From Candidatus Hydrogenedentota bacterium (lineage in GTDB: Bacteria; Hydrogenedentota; Hydrogenedentia; Hydrogenedentales; SLHB01): 17,086 nt of DNA. The translations under genes and the position numbers were made by a program. The notes under the pieces were generated by a model. The model was not told the origin of the DNA. It ran no database searches and saw only the letters and a program-made list of their open reading frames with translations. Below, one piece after another: positions 1 to 9,887 of this stretch (its first letter is position 1; the number at the start of each line of letters is the position of its first letter). The DNA is taken from the NCBI GenBank assembly GCA_045863335.1, contig BTVY01000080.1, forward strand, positions 1-17,086. Reading direction: 5' to 3'.

Positions 1-205
1 CCGAAAAGCGGCGCCGCCACTGTCCCACGGTGTCGCGGCCAATACCAAGTTCCACCGCAATGTCCTTATTTTCCATCCCCGTGGCGGCCAACAGCACGAT
101 CTTTGCACGCATCACCACGCGCACCGGCGTCATACGACCTTTCGACCATTTCTCCAGCGTCGATTGCTCCCGCGCATCCAGCACAATTTCACAAGCCTGT
201 CTCAT
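1..205 (-). CDS. IS630-family transposase, N-terminal HTH part (truncated by window edge)
   Basis: Not in the ORF track. Read by hand from ATG at 205, preceded by GGAGG: MRQACEIVLDAREQSTLEKWSKGRMTPVRVVMRAKIVLLAATGMENKDIAVELGIGRDTVGQWRRRFS. The RA(K/R)IVLLAA..G..N..IA..LG....TV..WR.RF pattern is typical of IS630 transposase N-termini. Confidence 0.85.
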   Translation of the reverse strand, partial: MRQACEIVLDAREQSTLEKWSKGRMTPVRVVMRAKIVLLAATGMENKDIAVELGIGRDTVGQWRRRFS

Positions 206-279
206 GGCATTCATCCTCCACTACAAGATGAATACCTTTCAAAAATAATAAGTTGCCTTAATTATGAATCAATACACTA
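1..279 (-). mobile_element. IS630-family insertion sequence, left end
   Basis: An AT-rich segment at about 230-277 lies upstream of the transposase and ends at CTAG (277-280). The minus strand reads (C)TA|GTGTATTGATTCATAA. IS630 elements insert at TA, often within CTAG. The other end is outside the window. Confidence 0.75.
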
Positions 280-425
280 GCGAGGATGTAGAGAACCTCG
301 TCCAGCGTTGTGTCGTTCGGAGGAAATAAGTGATTCAGCGCGGCATGGGTCCACCAGATAAGGAATCCGCTTGCGCACGCGAGCAAAGTGAAATGACGCC
401 GAAATGCGCGTGAAAGGAGCTTCAT
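280..425 (-). pseudogene. 5' part of a small membrane/exported protein gene interrupted by the IS630 element
   Basis: GGAGG SD, then ATG at 425: MKLLSRAFRRHFTLLACASGFLIWWTHAALNHLFPPNDTTLDEVLYILA. It has a basic N-terminus and a hydrophobic stretch. The frame runs into the CTAG IS junction and stops a few codons inside the IS end. Confidence 0.55.
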
Positions 426-446
426 ACATCCTCCGTTCGGTCCATT

Positions 447-860
447 CTAGTCCGGAGTCCAGGGTCTGACGGTTTCGATGCAAACGTCGCGACACATGAA
501 GTTTGCTCCGATTCCGTACGATGCTTCAAATTTGACCTCATAGCGAAATCCATCGTTTTGTCCTTCATCGATGGGCTCGATTGATAGGCCGAACACCACG
601 TTCTGGTTGTTGAATCCTTCCAGTTGAAGCTGATCGACGCCTCCAAAGCGGAAGGAAACTACCACGTGATGTCTCAGAATGTGATAGCCATCCGAATCCA
701 CCTCTTTTGTCATCTCGAAAGTATGGATATCCGCAAGCAAATGGGGTCCATCCTCAAACGGAAGAGTTCTTTCTAGCGCAATTCGAACCACTTCTGCGTC
801 GTGGAAGGACGGCCAAAAGCCGAAAATATCCGTTAGAAGTTCAGAACCTCGCACCTGCAT
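447..860 (-). CDS. Imm50-family immunity protein (orphan)
   Basis: 137 aa with GGAGG SD. The N-terminal IFGFWPSFHDAEV motif, the LEGFNNQNVV motif and the beta-rich composition match Imm50-type immunity proteins. Confidence 0.75.
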   Translation of the reverse strand: MQVRGSELLTDIFGFWPSFHDAEVVRIALERTLPFEDGPHLLADIHTFEMTKEVDSDGYHILRHHVVVSFRFGGVDQLQLEGFNNQNVVFGLSIEPIDEGQNDGFRYEVKFEASYGIGANFMCRDVCIETVRPWTPD

Positions 861-906
861 TCTAAAACGTTCCTCCGCCCTCGATTATACATGACGGTGG
901 CGTGTC

Positions 907-1332
907 CTAACGAAGTGCAATGACGAAATGATAACTGGAAATCCGCATGCGTTTGCGGAGGTAGAAGCGGTGGGCGTCGTGGCGGTGGGTGCCGGATTCG
1001 AGTTCGAGGGTGGCGCAGTCTTCTTCGCGGGCCTTGTCCGTAAGCCAGTCGAAGAGGGCGTCGCCGTAGCCTTGGGAACGGCAGGAGGCGTCGGTGACGA
1101 GGTCGTCGACGTAAAGGAAGCGGCCGGTGAAGAGGCATTCGGAGATGCGGTAGCCGGCGACGGCGCGGACTTCACCCTCGTCTTCGACGAAGGCGACTGA
1201 ATACCCGTAGTTCTCGTGCTGTCGGCGCACCTGCGCCAGGAATGCTTCTTCCGTGAGGTGTTGGCGCAGTTGGACCATGACGGGGAAGCAGCGGCGAATG
1301 TCGGAGTCAGTTTGAGCGATATGGATCGGCAT
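907..1332 (-). CDS. GNAT family N-acetyltransferase
   Basis: Start moved to ATG 1332 (AGGAG SD), 141 aa. It carries LYVDDLVTDASCRSQGYG (acetyl-CoA binding motif A) and LELESGTHRHDAHRFY (motif B). Confidence 0.9.
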   Translation of the reverse strand: MPIHIAQTDSDIRRCFPVMVQLRQHLTEEAFLAQVRRQHENYGYSVAFVEDEGEVRAVAGYRISECLFTGRFLYVDDLVTDASCRSQGYGDALFDWLTDKAREEDCATLELESGTHRHDAHRFYLRKRMRISSYHFVIALR

Positions 1333-1523
1333 GCGGTGGGTCTCCTGATCCCGTGGATGTTGTTTGGATCGGGAGTATGCGCATGGGAAATGCCCTGGAC
1401 CTGGGAGAAAGTCGCACGGACCTACTCGGACTGACACGGACGCAGCAACGGGTCGAACTTGGCAAGGCGCCCGCATAAGGAAACCGACTTGTGGCCGAGT
1501 TGATCCATCAAATTGCGGGCAAG

Positions 1524-1552
1524 TGTACAGGTATCGCAAGCGATGGTATTAT
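1524..1552 (+). promoter_or_regulatory. Putative sigma70 promoter of hicAB (extended -10)
   Basis: TGTACA-17 nt-TATTAT with TGn before the -10. A palindrome ATCGC-AA-GCGAT (1533-1544) sits in the spacer. Confidence 0.45.
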
Positions 1553-1603
1553 GATGGAAAGCGGATCGAGCGTTCCGGGAGCGGACCGAGGTGGAGGTGA
1601 TCG

Positions 1604-1852
1604 ATGACCCGACGGGAGAAGTTGATTGCCAAGATGCGAAGTTCTCCTGGAAGCATTCGATTCAGCGAAGTCGACGCTCTTCTGAGAAATGAAGGGTACG
1701 TATTGTTTAATCAGCGAGGCAGCCATTGCACCTACCATCGGACAGATGGACGCGTGCTGACCGTTGTAAAGCCGCACGGAGGCCGCAAGACCTGCTTCGC
1801 ATCGGATATCAGACGAATCTTGAGGATATTGGGCCATGAACACGATTCATGA
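1604..1852 (+). CDS. hicA: HicA family type II toxin (mRNA interferase)
   Basis: 82 aa basic protein with IRFSEVDALL..EGY....RGSH..Y...LTVVKPH and a GGAGGTGA SD. It overlaps the downstream antitoxin by 17 nt. Confidence 0.88.
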   Translation: MTRREKLIAKMRSSPGSIRFSEVDALLRNEGYVLFNQRGSHCTYHRTDGRVLTVVKPHGGRKTCFASDIRRILRILGHEHDS

Positions 1853-2069
1853 ATACCGGGGCTATGTATTTGCCATCACGTACGAGGCAAAGGAGCCCGC
1901 TTACACGGTCGATTTTCCCGACATTCCGGACATTATCACCAGTGGTGAAACACTGAGCGAAGCGTTCAGCAATGCGTGTGAAGCGCTCGACCTACATCTT
2001 GAAAGCTTGCTGAAGCTCGGGAAACGACCCCCCAAGGCTCGGCATCAATTGGTCGTGGAATCGAGTTAG
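1836..2069 (+). CDS. hicB: HicB family antitoxin (N-terminal domain only)
   Basis: 77 aa with YTVDFPDIPDIITSGETLSEAFSNACEALDLHL...PP, the HicB partial RNase H fold signature. Directly downstream of hicA. Confidence 0.88.
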   Translation: MNTIHEYRGYVFAITYEAKEPAYTVDFPDIPDIITSGETLSEAFSNACEALDLHLESLLKLGKRPPKARHQLVVESS

Positions 2070-2082
2070 CCTCGATTCGTTT
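2058..2082 (+). terminator. Possible terminator hairpin between converging hicB and hpnH
   Basis: GAATCGAG-TTAGC-CTCGATTC forms an 8-bp stem with the hicB stop in the loop, followed only by GTTT (weak U tract). Confidence 0.35.
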
Positions 2083-2158
2083 CAGCAGTAGTCCTCGTTC
2101 ACGTCAGACCTATGATGTTCGCCAATCCCGCACTGCAATTCGAGAATCGTCTCCCCGC

Positions 2159-3160
2159 CTACCCGAGCAGGTTCCAGGCGGCCATGCGGACCATGTCTTT
2201 GGGGCTGTGTTTGAGTTCGAAGACGGCGGAGGCTTCAAAGCCGCTGTGCATCATGCAGTTCTGGCAGAGCTTGTCCTGGCGGGATTCCCAGTACTCCCAG
2301 TCGGTAGTGTTCCAGAACTCGTCCCAGGTTTCGAAGAAGTTCTTGCCGATGAGGTAGCAGGGGCCTTTCCAGCCGTTGGGGGTGTAGGTGACGGTGCTCC
2401 AGGGAGAGCAGTTGTAGTTGCGCATGCCCGCGGCGAATTCGAGGTACATGGGGGTTGAGCTGAGGCGGTACCGTTTGGACAGTTCGAGGACGCGCTGGAA
2501 CTTCTCGTTAATTTGCTGGCGGCTCAGGAAGATGTCCTTCTCCACGCTGGAGTACTGGTAGCCGGGGGCGATGAGCATGCCGTCGACGCCGGCCGCAACG
2601 CAGACTTCGCAGAGTTCCTCCACCTCTTCCATGCTGGTTTCGCGGTAGACGGTGGTGTTGGTATACATGTGGTAGCCGAGGCGCTTGCCTTCTTTCAGCA
2701 TGGCGATGGCCTCGTCGAACACGCCTTCCTTGGCGCAGACCATGTCGTGGGTCTCGCGCATGCCGTCGAGATGGATGTTGATGGTCAAACGCTTGTGCGG
2801 ATCGATCTTGCCGTAAACCTTCTTCTCCAGGCAGAGCGCATTCGTGCAGAGATAGATGTGGCGCTTGCGCGCGATCATGCCTTCAATGAGTTCTTTCAAC
2901 TCCGGGTAGAGCGTCGGTTCGCCGCCGCAAATGGAGACGATGGGCGCGCCGCAATCGTCGAGGGCCTTGAAGCAGTTCTCCAGGGAGACTCGGTCCTTGA
3001 GTTTGCCGGTATGCCGCTCGGTGGAACAGCCGATGCAGGCGAGGTTACAGGTGTACAAGGGCTCCAGCATCATGACCATGGGATAGCGCTTGTTGCCTTT
3101 GAGGCCGTTGCGCATCTGGTGTTTGATGGAATCCAACGTAATGTGCAAAGGGAAACGCAT
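2159..3160 (-). CDS. hpnH: Adenosylhopane synthase, hopanoid-associated radical SAM protein HpnH
   Basis: 333 aa with RYPMVMMLEPLYTCNLACIGC (CxxxCxxC), GGEP, LCTNA and C-terminal CSPW...GWKGPCYL...TDW...CQNCMMHSGFE. Directly downstream of shc. Confidence 0.92.
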   Translation of the reverse strand: MRFPLHITLDSIKHQMRNGLKGNKRYPMVMMLEPLYTCNLACIGCSTERHTGKLKDRVSLENCFKALDDCGAPIVSICGGEPTLYPELKELIEGMIARKRHIYLCTNALCLEKKVYGKIDPHKRLTINIHLDGMRETHDMVCAKEGVFDEAIAMLKEGKRLGYHMYTNTTVYRETSMEEVEELCEVCVAAGVDGMLIAPGYQYSSVEKDIFLSRQQINEKFQRVLELSKRYRLSSTPMYLEFAAGMRNYNCSPWSTVTYTPNGWKGPCYLIGKNFFETWDEFWNTTDWEYWESRQDKLCQNCMMHSGFEASAVFELKHSPKDMVRMAAWNLLG

Positions 3161-3216
3161 GGTACTGAACTATCCTGTTTCTGATTGATCCCTGCCTGCA
3201 TCCGGTCGACGCGGGC

Positions 3217-3261
3217 AGAACATCCCCCGGCCCTTCGGGCCACCCCCTTCAAAGGGGGATT
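3217..3261. repeat. REP-like palindromic repeat, single copy
   Basis: AGAACATCCCCC-GGCCCTTCGGGCCA-CCCCCTTCAAAGGGGGATT. Both arms are shared with the copies at 11604-11641 and 11733-11770. Confidence 0.8.
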
Positions 3262-3324
3262 GGGGCGATGCCATCGTTTAAGCCAAACCTACGCCGTGCA
3301 GATTAACGCGCGGCGGCAGCATTG

Positions 3325-5259
3325 TCATCCCTGTTTCTTGTTATACAGTGCCAACGCCATCAACGGGAAGTAGATGGCGTAGTAGTGGTAGTGGAGGTAG
3401 AACACACAGGGAAACCCGGTGCCGGTCCAGTGCTCCTCGTACCACGAGCCGTCCTCTTTCTGGGTTTGCAGCAAATAGGCAATGCCGCGCTGCACGCTGA
3501 GGCTGTCGTAGTCGCCGGTGGCCATGAGTCCCATGAGCGCCCACGCCGTTTGAGAGGCCGTGCTGGGGCCTTTACCCTTGTGCTCGGGGTCTTCGTAGCT
3601 CTTGGGGGACTCGCCCCATCCGCCGTCCAGGTTTTGAATGCTGCGAAGCCACTTGGCGGCGCGTTGCACGGCGGTTTGTTCCATATCTTCGTCGGCGGCC
3701 TTGAAGGCGCACAGGGCAAGCCAGGTTCCATAAATGTAATTGACGCCCCAACGGCCGAACCATGTGCCGTCGCTTTCCTGTTCTTTTTTGAGGAACGCGA
3801 GCGCGCGACTGACTACCGGATGATTGCGGCCATATCCGAGGGAGACCAAAGCTTCAATGCCCCGCGCGGTGATGTCACTGGTGCTGGGATCGATCATGGC
3901 ATTGTGGTCGGCGAAGGGAATCTGGGTCAGGAACTCCTTGTCGCAACCGCGATCGAAGGCGCCCCACCCGCCGTCATTGTTCTGCATGCCGAGAACCCAG
4001 TCGATGGCGCGTTGGACGGCGGCGTCCTTGCGATTGTTCATGGTCTCGTCTGGAAATGTGACGCGCCCCAAGGTGGTCAGCACCTCGAAGGTGTCGTCCA
4101 TGTCGGGATAGAATTCGTTGTTGTACTCGAAATACCAGCCGCCGGGTTTGACGTGCGGATTGCGAATCTGCCAGTCGCCCGGTTCCTTCACTTCCTTGTC
4201 GAGAATCCACTCACCGGACTTGACCAAAGCCGGGTGTTGCCCGTCCAGGCCGGATTCGAGGAGGGCGTGCATTACGTAGGCGGTATCCCACACCGGCGAG
4301 AAACAAGGCTGGAGGCGTACCGTATCCCCTTCCTCGATCTCGAGCTTTTCCAGCTCCACGATCTGTGAATGGGTCAAGGGATGATCGTTGGCGTAGCCCA
4401 AACAACGCAGCGCGATGATCGAATTGATGATGGGCGGAAATATAGCGCCGATGCCATCGCTCTTCTCGAAGTGTTCGAGCATCCACTTCTCGCAGGCCTT
4501 CAACGCTTTCTCGCGCAGCGGCGTCAGACGGGAGTTCTCGACCGTCTTCAAGGTGGAGTCGACGGTCATGAAGAAGGCGGACCATTTGCCGGTCATCTGA
4601 TACTGGTGCTCGGCGCCTGCGACGAGAAGCTCCGGGATATTCGCATGCTCGGGCACCGGGCAGTGTGGTTTGCGCGCCCAGATGATCGCGAGCGGAACGA
4701 CAATCCCGCGGCTCCAGGACGACATGTCCAGCAAATTGGCTGGCGCCCATGGCGGCAAGAGGATAATCTCTGGCGGTACTGCCGGACACTTTTCCCAGGG
4801 ATATTGGCCGAAAATCGCCAGATAGAGACGCGTGAAACTGTTCGTGGCATCAAGACCGCCGAGGTTCCGAATGACCTCTCGCGCCTTGGCCATGTGCGGC
4901 GCTTCGGGGTCGTCGCCCAGCAGCTTCAAGGTGAAATACGCTTTGGCAGACGCGCTGACATCGGCGGGCCCGCCGGGATAGATCGCCCATCCGCCCTCGG
5001 GCAGGGCCTTGCTTCGCATGTAATTCGCGGCTTTCCGCACCCGATCTTCGTGTGTCCGGCCAATGTAGTGCATGGCCAGGATGTACTCGGATTCAAGGAT
5101 GGTATCGCCTTCCAGTTCGGCGCACCAATGCCCGTCCCCGTGCTGCTCCCGGATCAAGAACTGCTGGGTGGCGGCGATTGCGGTCCGGGCCCCATCCACG
5201 AGATCTTTCTCGAGCGCGATGAACTGAGACTCTTCGTGATTCGAGGTTGTAACGGCCAA
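3325..5259 (-). CDS. shc: Squalene-hopene cyclase
   Basis: Catalytic DxDD (FYPDMDDT), multiple QW repeats (QHGDGHW, QNNDGGW, QESDGTW, QNLDGGW, QKEDGSW), GRWGVNYIYGT and TGTGFP. Start is uncertain: TTG 5259 with AGGA SD was chosen, GTG 5265 is possible, and the ORF is open to 5337. Confidence 0.97.
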   Translation of the reverse strand: MAVTTSNHEESQFIALEKDLVDGARTAIAATQQFLIREQHGDGHWCAELEGDTILESEYILAMHYIGRTHEDRVRKAANYMRSKALPEGGWAIYPGGPADVSASAKAYFTLKLLGDDPEAPHMAKAREVIRNLGGLDATNSFTRLYLAIFGQYPWEKCPAVPPEIILLPPWAPANLLDMSSWSRGIVVPLAIIWARKPHCPVPEHANIPELLVAGAEHQYQMTGKWSAFFMTVDSTLKTVENSRLTPLREKALKACEKWMLEHFEKSDGIGAIFPPIINSIIALRCLGYANDHPLTHSQIVELEKLEIEEGDTVRLQPCFSPVWDTAYVMHALLESGLDGQHPALVKSGEWILDKEVKEPGDWQIRNPHVKPGGWYFEYNNEFYPDMDDTFEVLTTLGRVTFPDETMNNRKDAAVQRAIDWVLGMQNNDGGWGAFDRGCDKEFLTQIPFADHNAMIDPSTSDITARGIEALVSLGYGRNHPVVSRALAFLKKEQESDGTWFGRWGVNYIYGTWLALCAFKAADEDMEQTAVQRAAKWLRSIQNLDGGWGESPKSYEDPEHKGKGPSTASQTAWALMGLMATGDYDSLSVQRGIAYLLQTQKEDGSWYEEHWTGTGFPCVFYLHYHYYAIYFPLMALALYNKKQG

Positions 5260-5411
5260 CTCCACTTGTCCTTTCGCTGGCGCGACCGAAGGTCGCGTGA
5301 GAAGACGGCCCCCACCTTGGGTACAAGAAAAACACAACGTGGACAGCCTGACTTCTTAAAATCTACCGATGATTCCCTCATCCGTTTCGGACGCGATAAC
5401 CGGTATGCTCA

Positions 5412-6356
5412 CTATGACATCTGTTCCGCGAGGCTTTGGACCTCTCGCGGCATAGAAAAGTGCACTTTTTCGGGCGCAGCCTGAAGCGATTCCACATCGG
5501 ATGCGCCAAGGGACTGCAAGTGCCGAATGACGCGATCGACACACTCCTCCGGAGCCGATGCGCCCGCGGTCACACCGACCGTCTCCGCGTCGTCGAACCA
5601 CTCCGGGCGAATCTCCGTTTCGTCGTTAATCAAATACGCGGGCACCCCTAGACTCTGGGAAACCTCGCACAAGCGTTGCGAGTTCGAACTGTTCTGGGAG
5701 CCCGTCACGAGCACCACATCGACCTGCGCGGCCAGTTCCTTCACCGCGTTCTGCCGATTTTGGGTGGCGTAGCAGATGTCGTCCTTGGGCGGCGACTCGA
5801 TGTTGGGGAATTTGGCCCGCAGCGCTTCGACGATGCGCTTCGTATCGTCCAGGCTAAGGGTTGTTTGTGTCAGGTATATCGCCTTGTCGGGGTTCTCCAG
5901 AGTCAGGGTCTCGACATCTTCGACCGTACTGACAAGATGCATGGGGGCCTCGCCCATGGTGCCTTCCACTTCCTCGTGGCCCGCGTGGCCGATGAGAATG
6001 AGGGAATAGCCCGCCTTCGCGTAACGAATCACTTCGAGATGGACCTTGGTCACGAGAGGACATGTGGCGTCAATGACCTGAAGGTGCCGGTCTTTGGCGA
6101 GTTTTCGAACCGCCGGAGATATCCCATGGGCGCTGAAGATGCAGATCGAGTCCTGCGGAATCTCCGCAACATCGTTGACAAATACGGCGCCGCGCTTCCG
6201 GAGACGCTCAACCACGTGGCGGTTGTGTACGATCTCGTGGAAGACGTAGATCGGCGGCGGAAGGATGTTGAGTACGTGTTCGACGATATCGATGGCGCGA
6301 ACCACACCCGCGCAAAATCCGCGAGGGTTCGCAAGTAGTACCCGCTTAACGGCCAT
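5412..6356 (-). CDS. ispH: 4-hydroxy-3-methylbut-2-enyl diphosphate reductase
   Basis: PRGFCAGVVRAI, HEIVHN, FSAHG, DATCPLVTKVH, GHAGHEEVEG, TQTTLS, DICYATQNRQ, NSSNS and VTAGASAPE. AGGAG SD. Confidence 0.98.
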   Translation of the reverse strand: MAVKRVLLANPRGFCAGVVRAIDIVEHVLNILPPPIYVFHEIVHNRHVVERLRKRGAVFVNDVAEIPQDSICIFSAHGISPAVRKLAKDRHLQVIDATCPLVTKVHLEVIRYAKAGYSLILIGHAGHEEVEGTMGEAPMHLVSTVEDVETLTLENPDKAIYLTQTTLSLDDTKRIVEALRAKFPNIESPPKDDICYATQNRQNAVKELAAQVDVVLVTGSQNSSNSQRLCEVSQSLGVPAYLINDETEIRPEWFDDAETVGVTAGASAPEECVDRVIRHLQSLGASDVESLQAAPEKVHFSMPREVQSLAEQMS

Positions 6357-6587
6357 GCGCCCTTCTCCTTGCCATGGAGCGCCTTCTCCTCAGATTGACC
6401 CTGCCCACGCCTCGTCGGGACGGTACCGCTTTCGTATTTGACGTGGTACGCCCTTTACAGGATTCGCGGAAGTCCGAGATTCCCGGCCGGGGTCCTGCGA
6501 CTGCACCCGGCGGTGGCCGGGATGAAGTAGAATGCGATCACCCACTGTGAATTCCCAAGGGAACCCCGTTAACCCAAGCCCGAACCC

Positions 6588-6616
6588 AGTCTACACAGGT
6601 TCTTCGTGGGAGTCAA
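6588..6616 (-). promoter_or_regulatory. Putative sigma70 promoter for ispH-shc-hpnH
   Basis: Minus strand TTGACT-17 nt-TAGACT in the secA-ispH intergenic region. Confidence 0.6.
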
Positions 6617-6677
6617 GTCAAAGCAGGGCACTAGGTTGTGTAGAAAATCGCCACCCGCAGGCACGGCATCGAATCCA

Positions 6678-9425
<2,748 letters not shown>

Positions 9426-9631
9426 GGGGCTTTGAAAACTCCATGTTGCAGGGCCAGGAAGGCGCAACGCCGTGTGGCCGGACCGCGAGACGGGCCCGAT
9501 AACAGCCCTGATTGTTCCAGGATACGTAACGCACGATGCTACCAGACGCCCTCGCCCAAAACAAATGAAGTGTGGCCAGCGCTCGGTATGTATTGGCTTA
9601 TCCGCTTGGCGGCTTTTATTTTCACAGGCTA

Positions 9632-9660
9632 TTGACAAACAATATGATGGGGTGTACTAT
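9632..9660 (+). promoter_or_regulatory. Putative sigma70 promoter for the TPR/large repeat protein locus
   Basis: Perfect TTGACA, 17-nt spacer and TACTAT, with an AT-rich tract (TTTTATTTT) upstream. Confidence 0.7.
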
Positions 9661-9887
9661 GTATATCTGTAAGGGCTTTTATGGGCTGAAAGCCCCAGCA
9701 GGACGCGCTTACGCGCTCTGTTGGATACAGACCCACAGAAGCTATTTTCGCGCCGCCGCGGGGGTGGTGGCGCGAAGGTGCCGCGGGCTGCGGGACCGCC
9801 TGCAACCACGCGTTACAGTTGGGGGACATCACTAAGTCAATTCTTGCCGGATAGTTAGGCATAGCTCAATCCTTGGGGGATCGCACC

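Noticed and set aside
30-248. 72-aa plus-strand ORF
   Set aside because: It is antisense to the IS630 transposase N-terminus.
907-1332. GNAT as a type II toxin (AtaT/TacT-like)
   Set aside because: There is no adjacent RHH antitoxin, and the sequence resembles ordinary small-molecule acetyltransferases.
1333-1539. N-terminal extension of the GNAT ORF
   Set aside because: There is a good SD before ATG 1332, and the extension spans the divergent GNAT/hicA promoter region.
280-2100. Integron cassette array
   Set aside because: The cargo types fit, but I found no RYYYAAC...GTTRRRY attC palindromes. The intergenic gaps are too short (21 and 46 nt) and no integrase is visible.
5281-5297. Hairpin CGCGACC-GAA-GGTCGCG upstream of the proposed shc start
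   Set aside because: It is a real 7-bp stem but has no U tract and no other copy in the window, so no function can be supported.
2513-6338. Long plus-strand ORFs (223, 348, 371 and 220 aa)
   Set aside because: They are antisense shadows of hpnH, shc and ispH.
9426-9638. N-terminal extension of SecA in the ORF track
   Set aside because: It has no SecA-like sequence and overlaps the divergent promoter region. The family-like sequence begins at 9425.
9670-9745. c-di-GMP-I riboswitch (GAAA hairpin followed by GGACGC)
   Set aside because: It lacks the GGCAAA and GCAAAGC/GGYCUAA consensus elements, so it is kept only as a generic structured leader.
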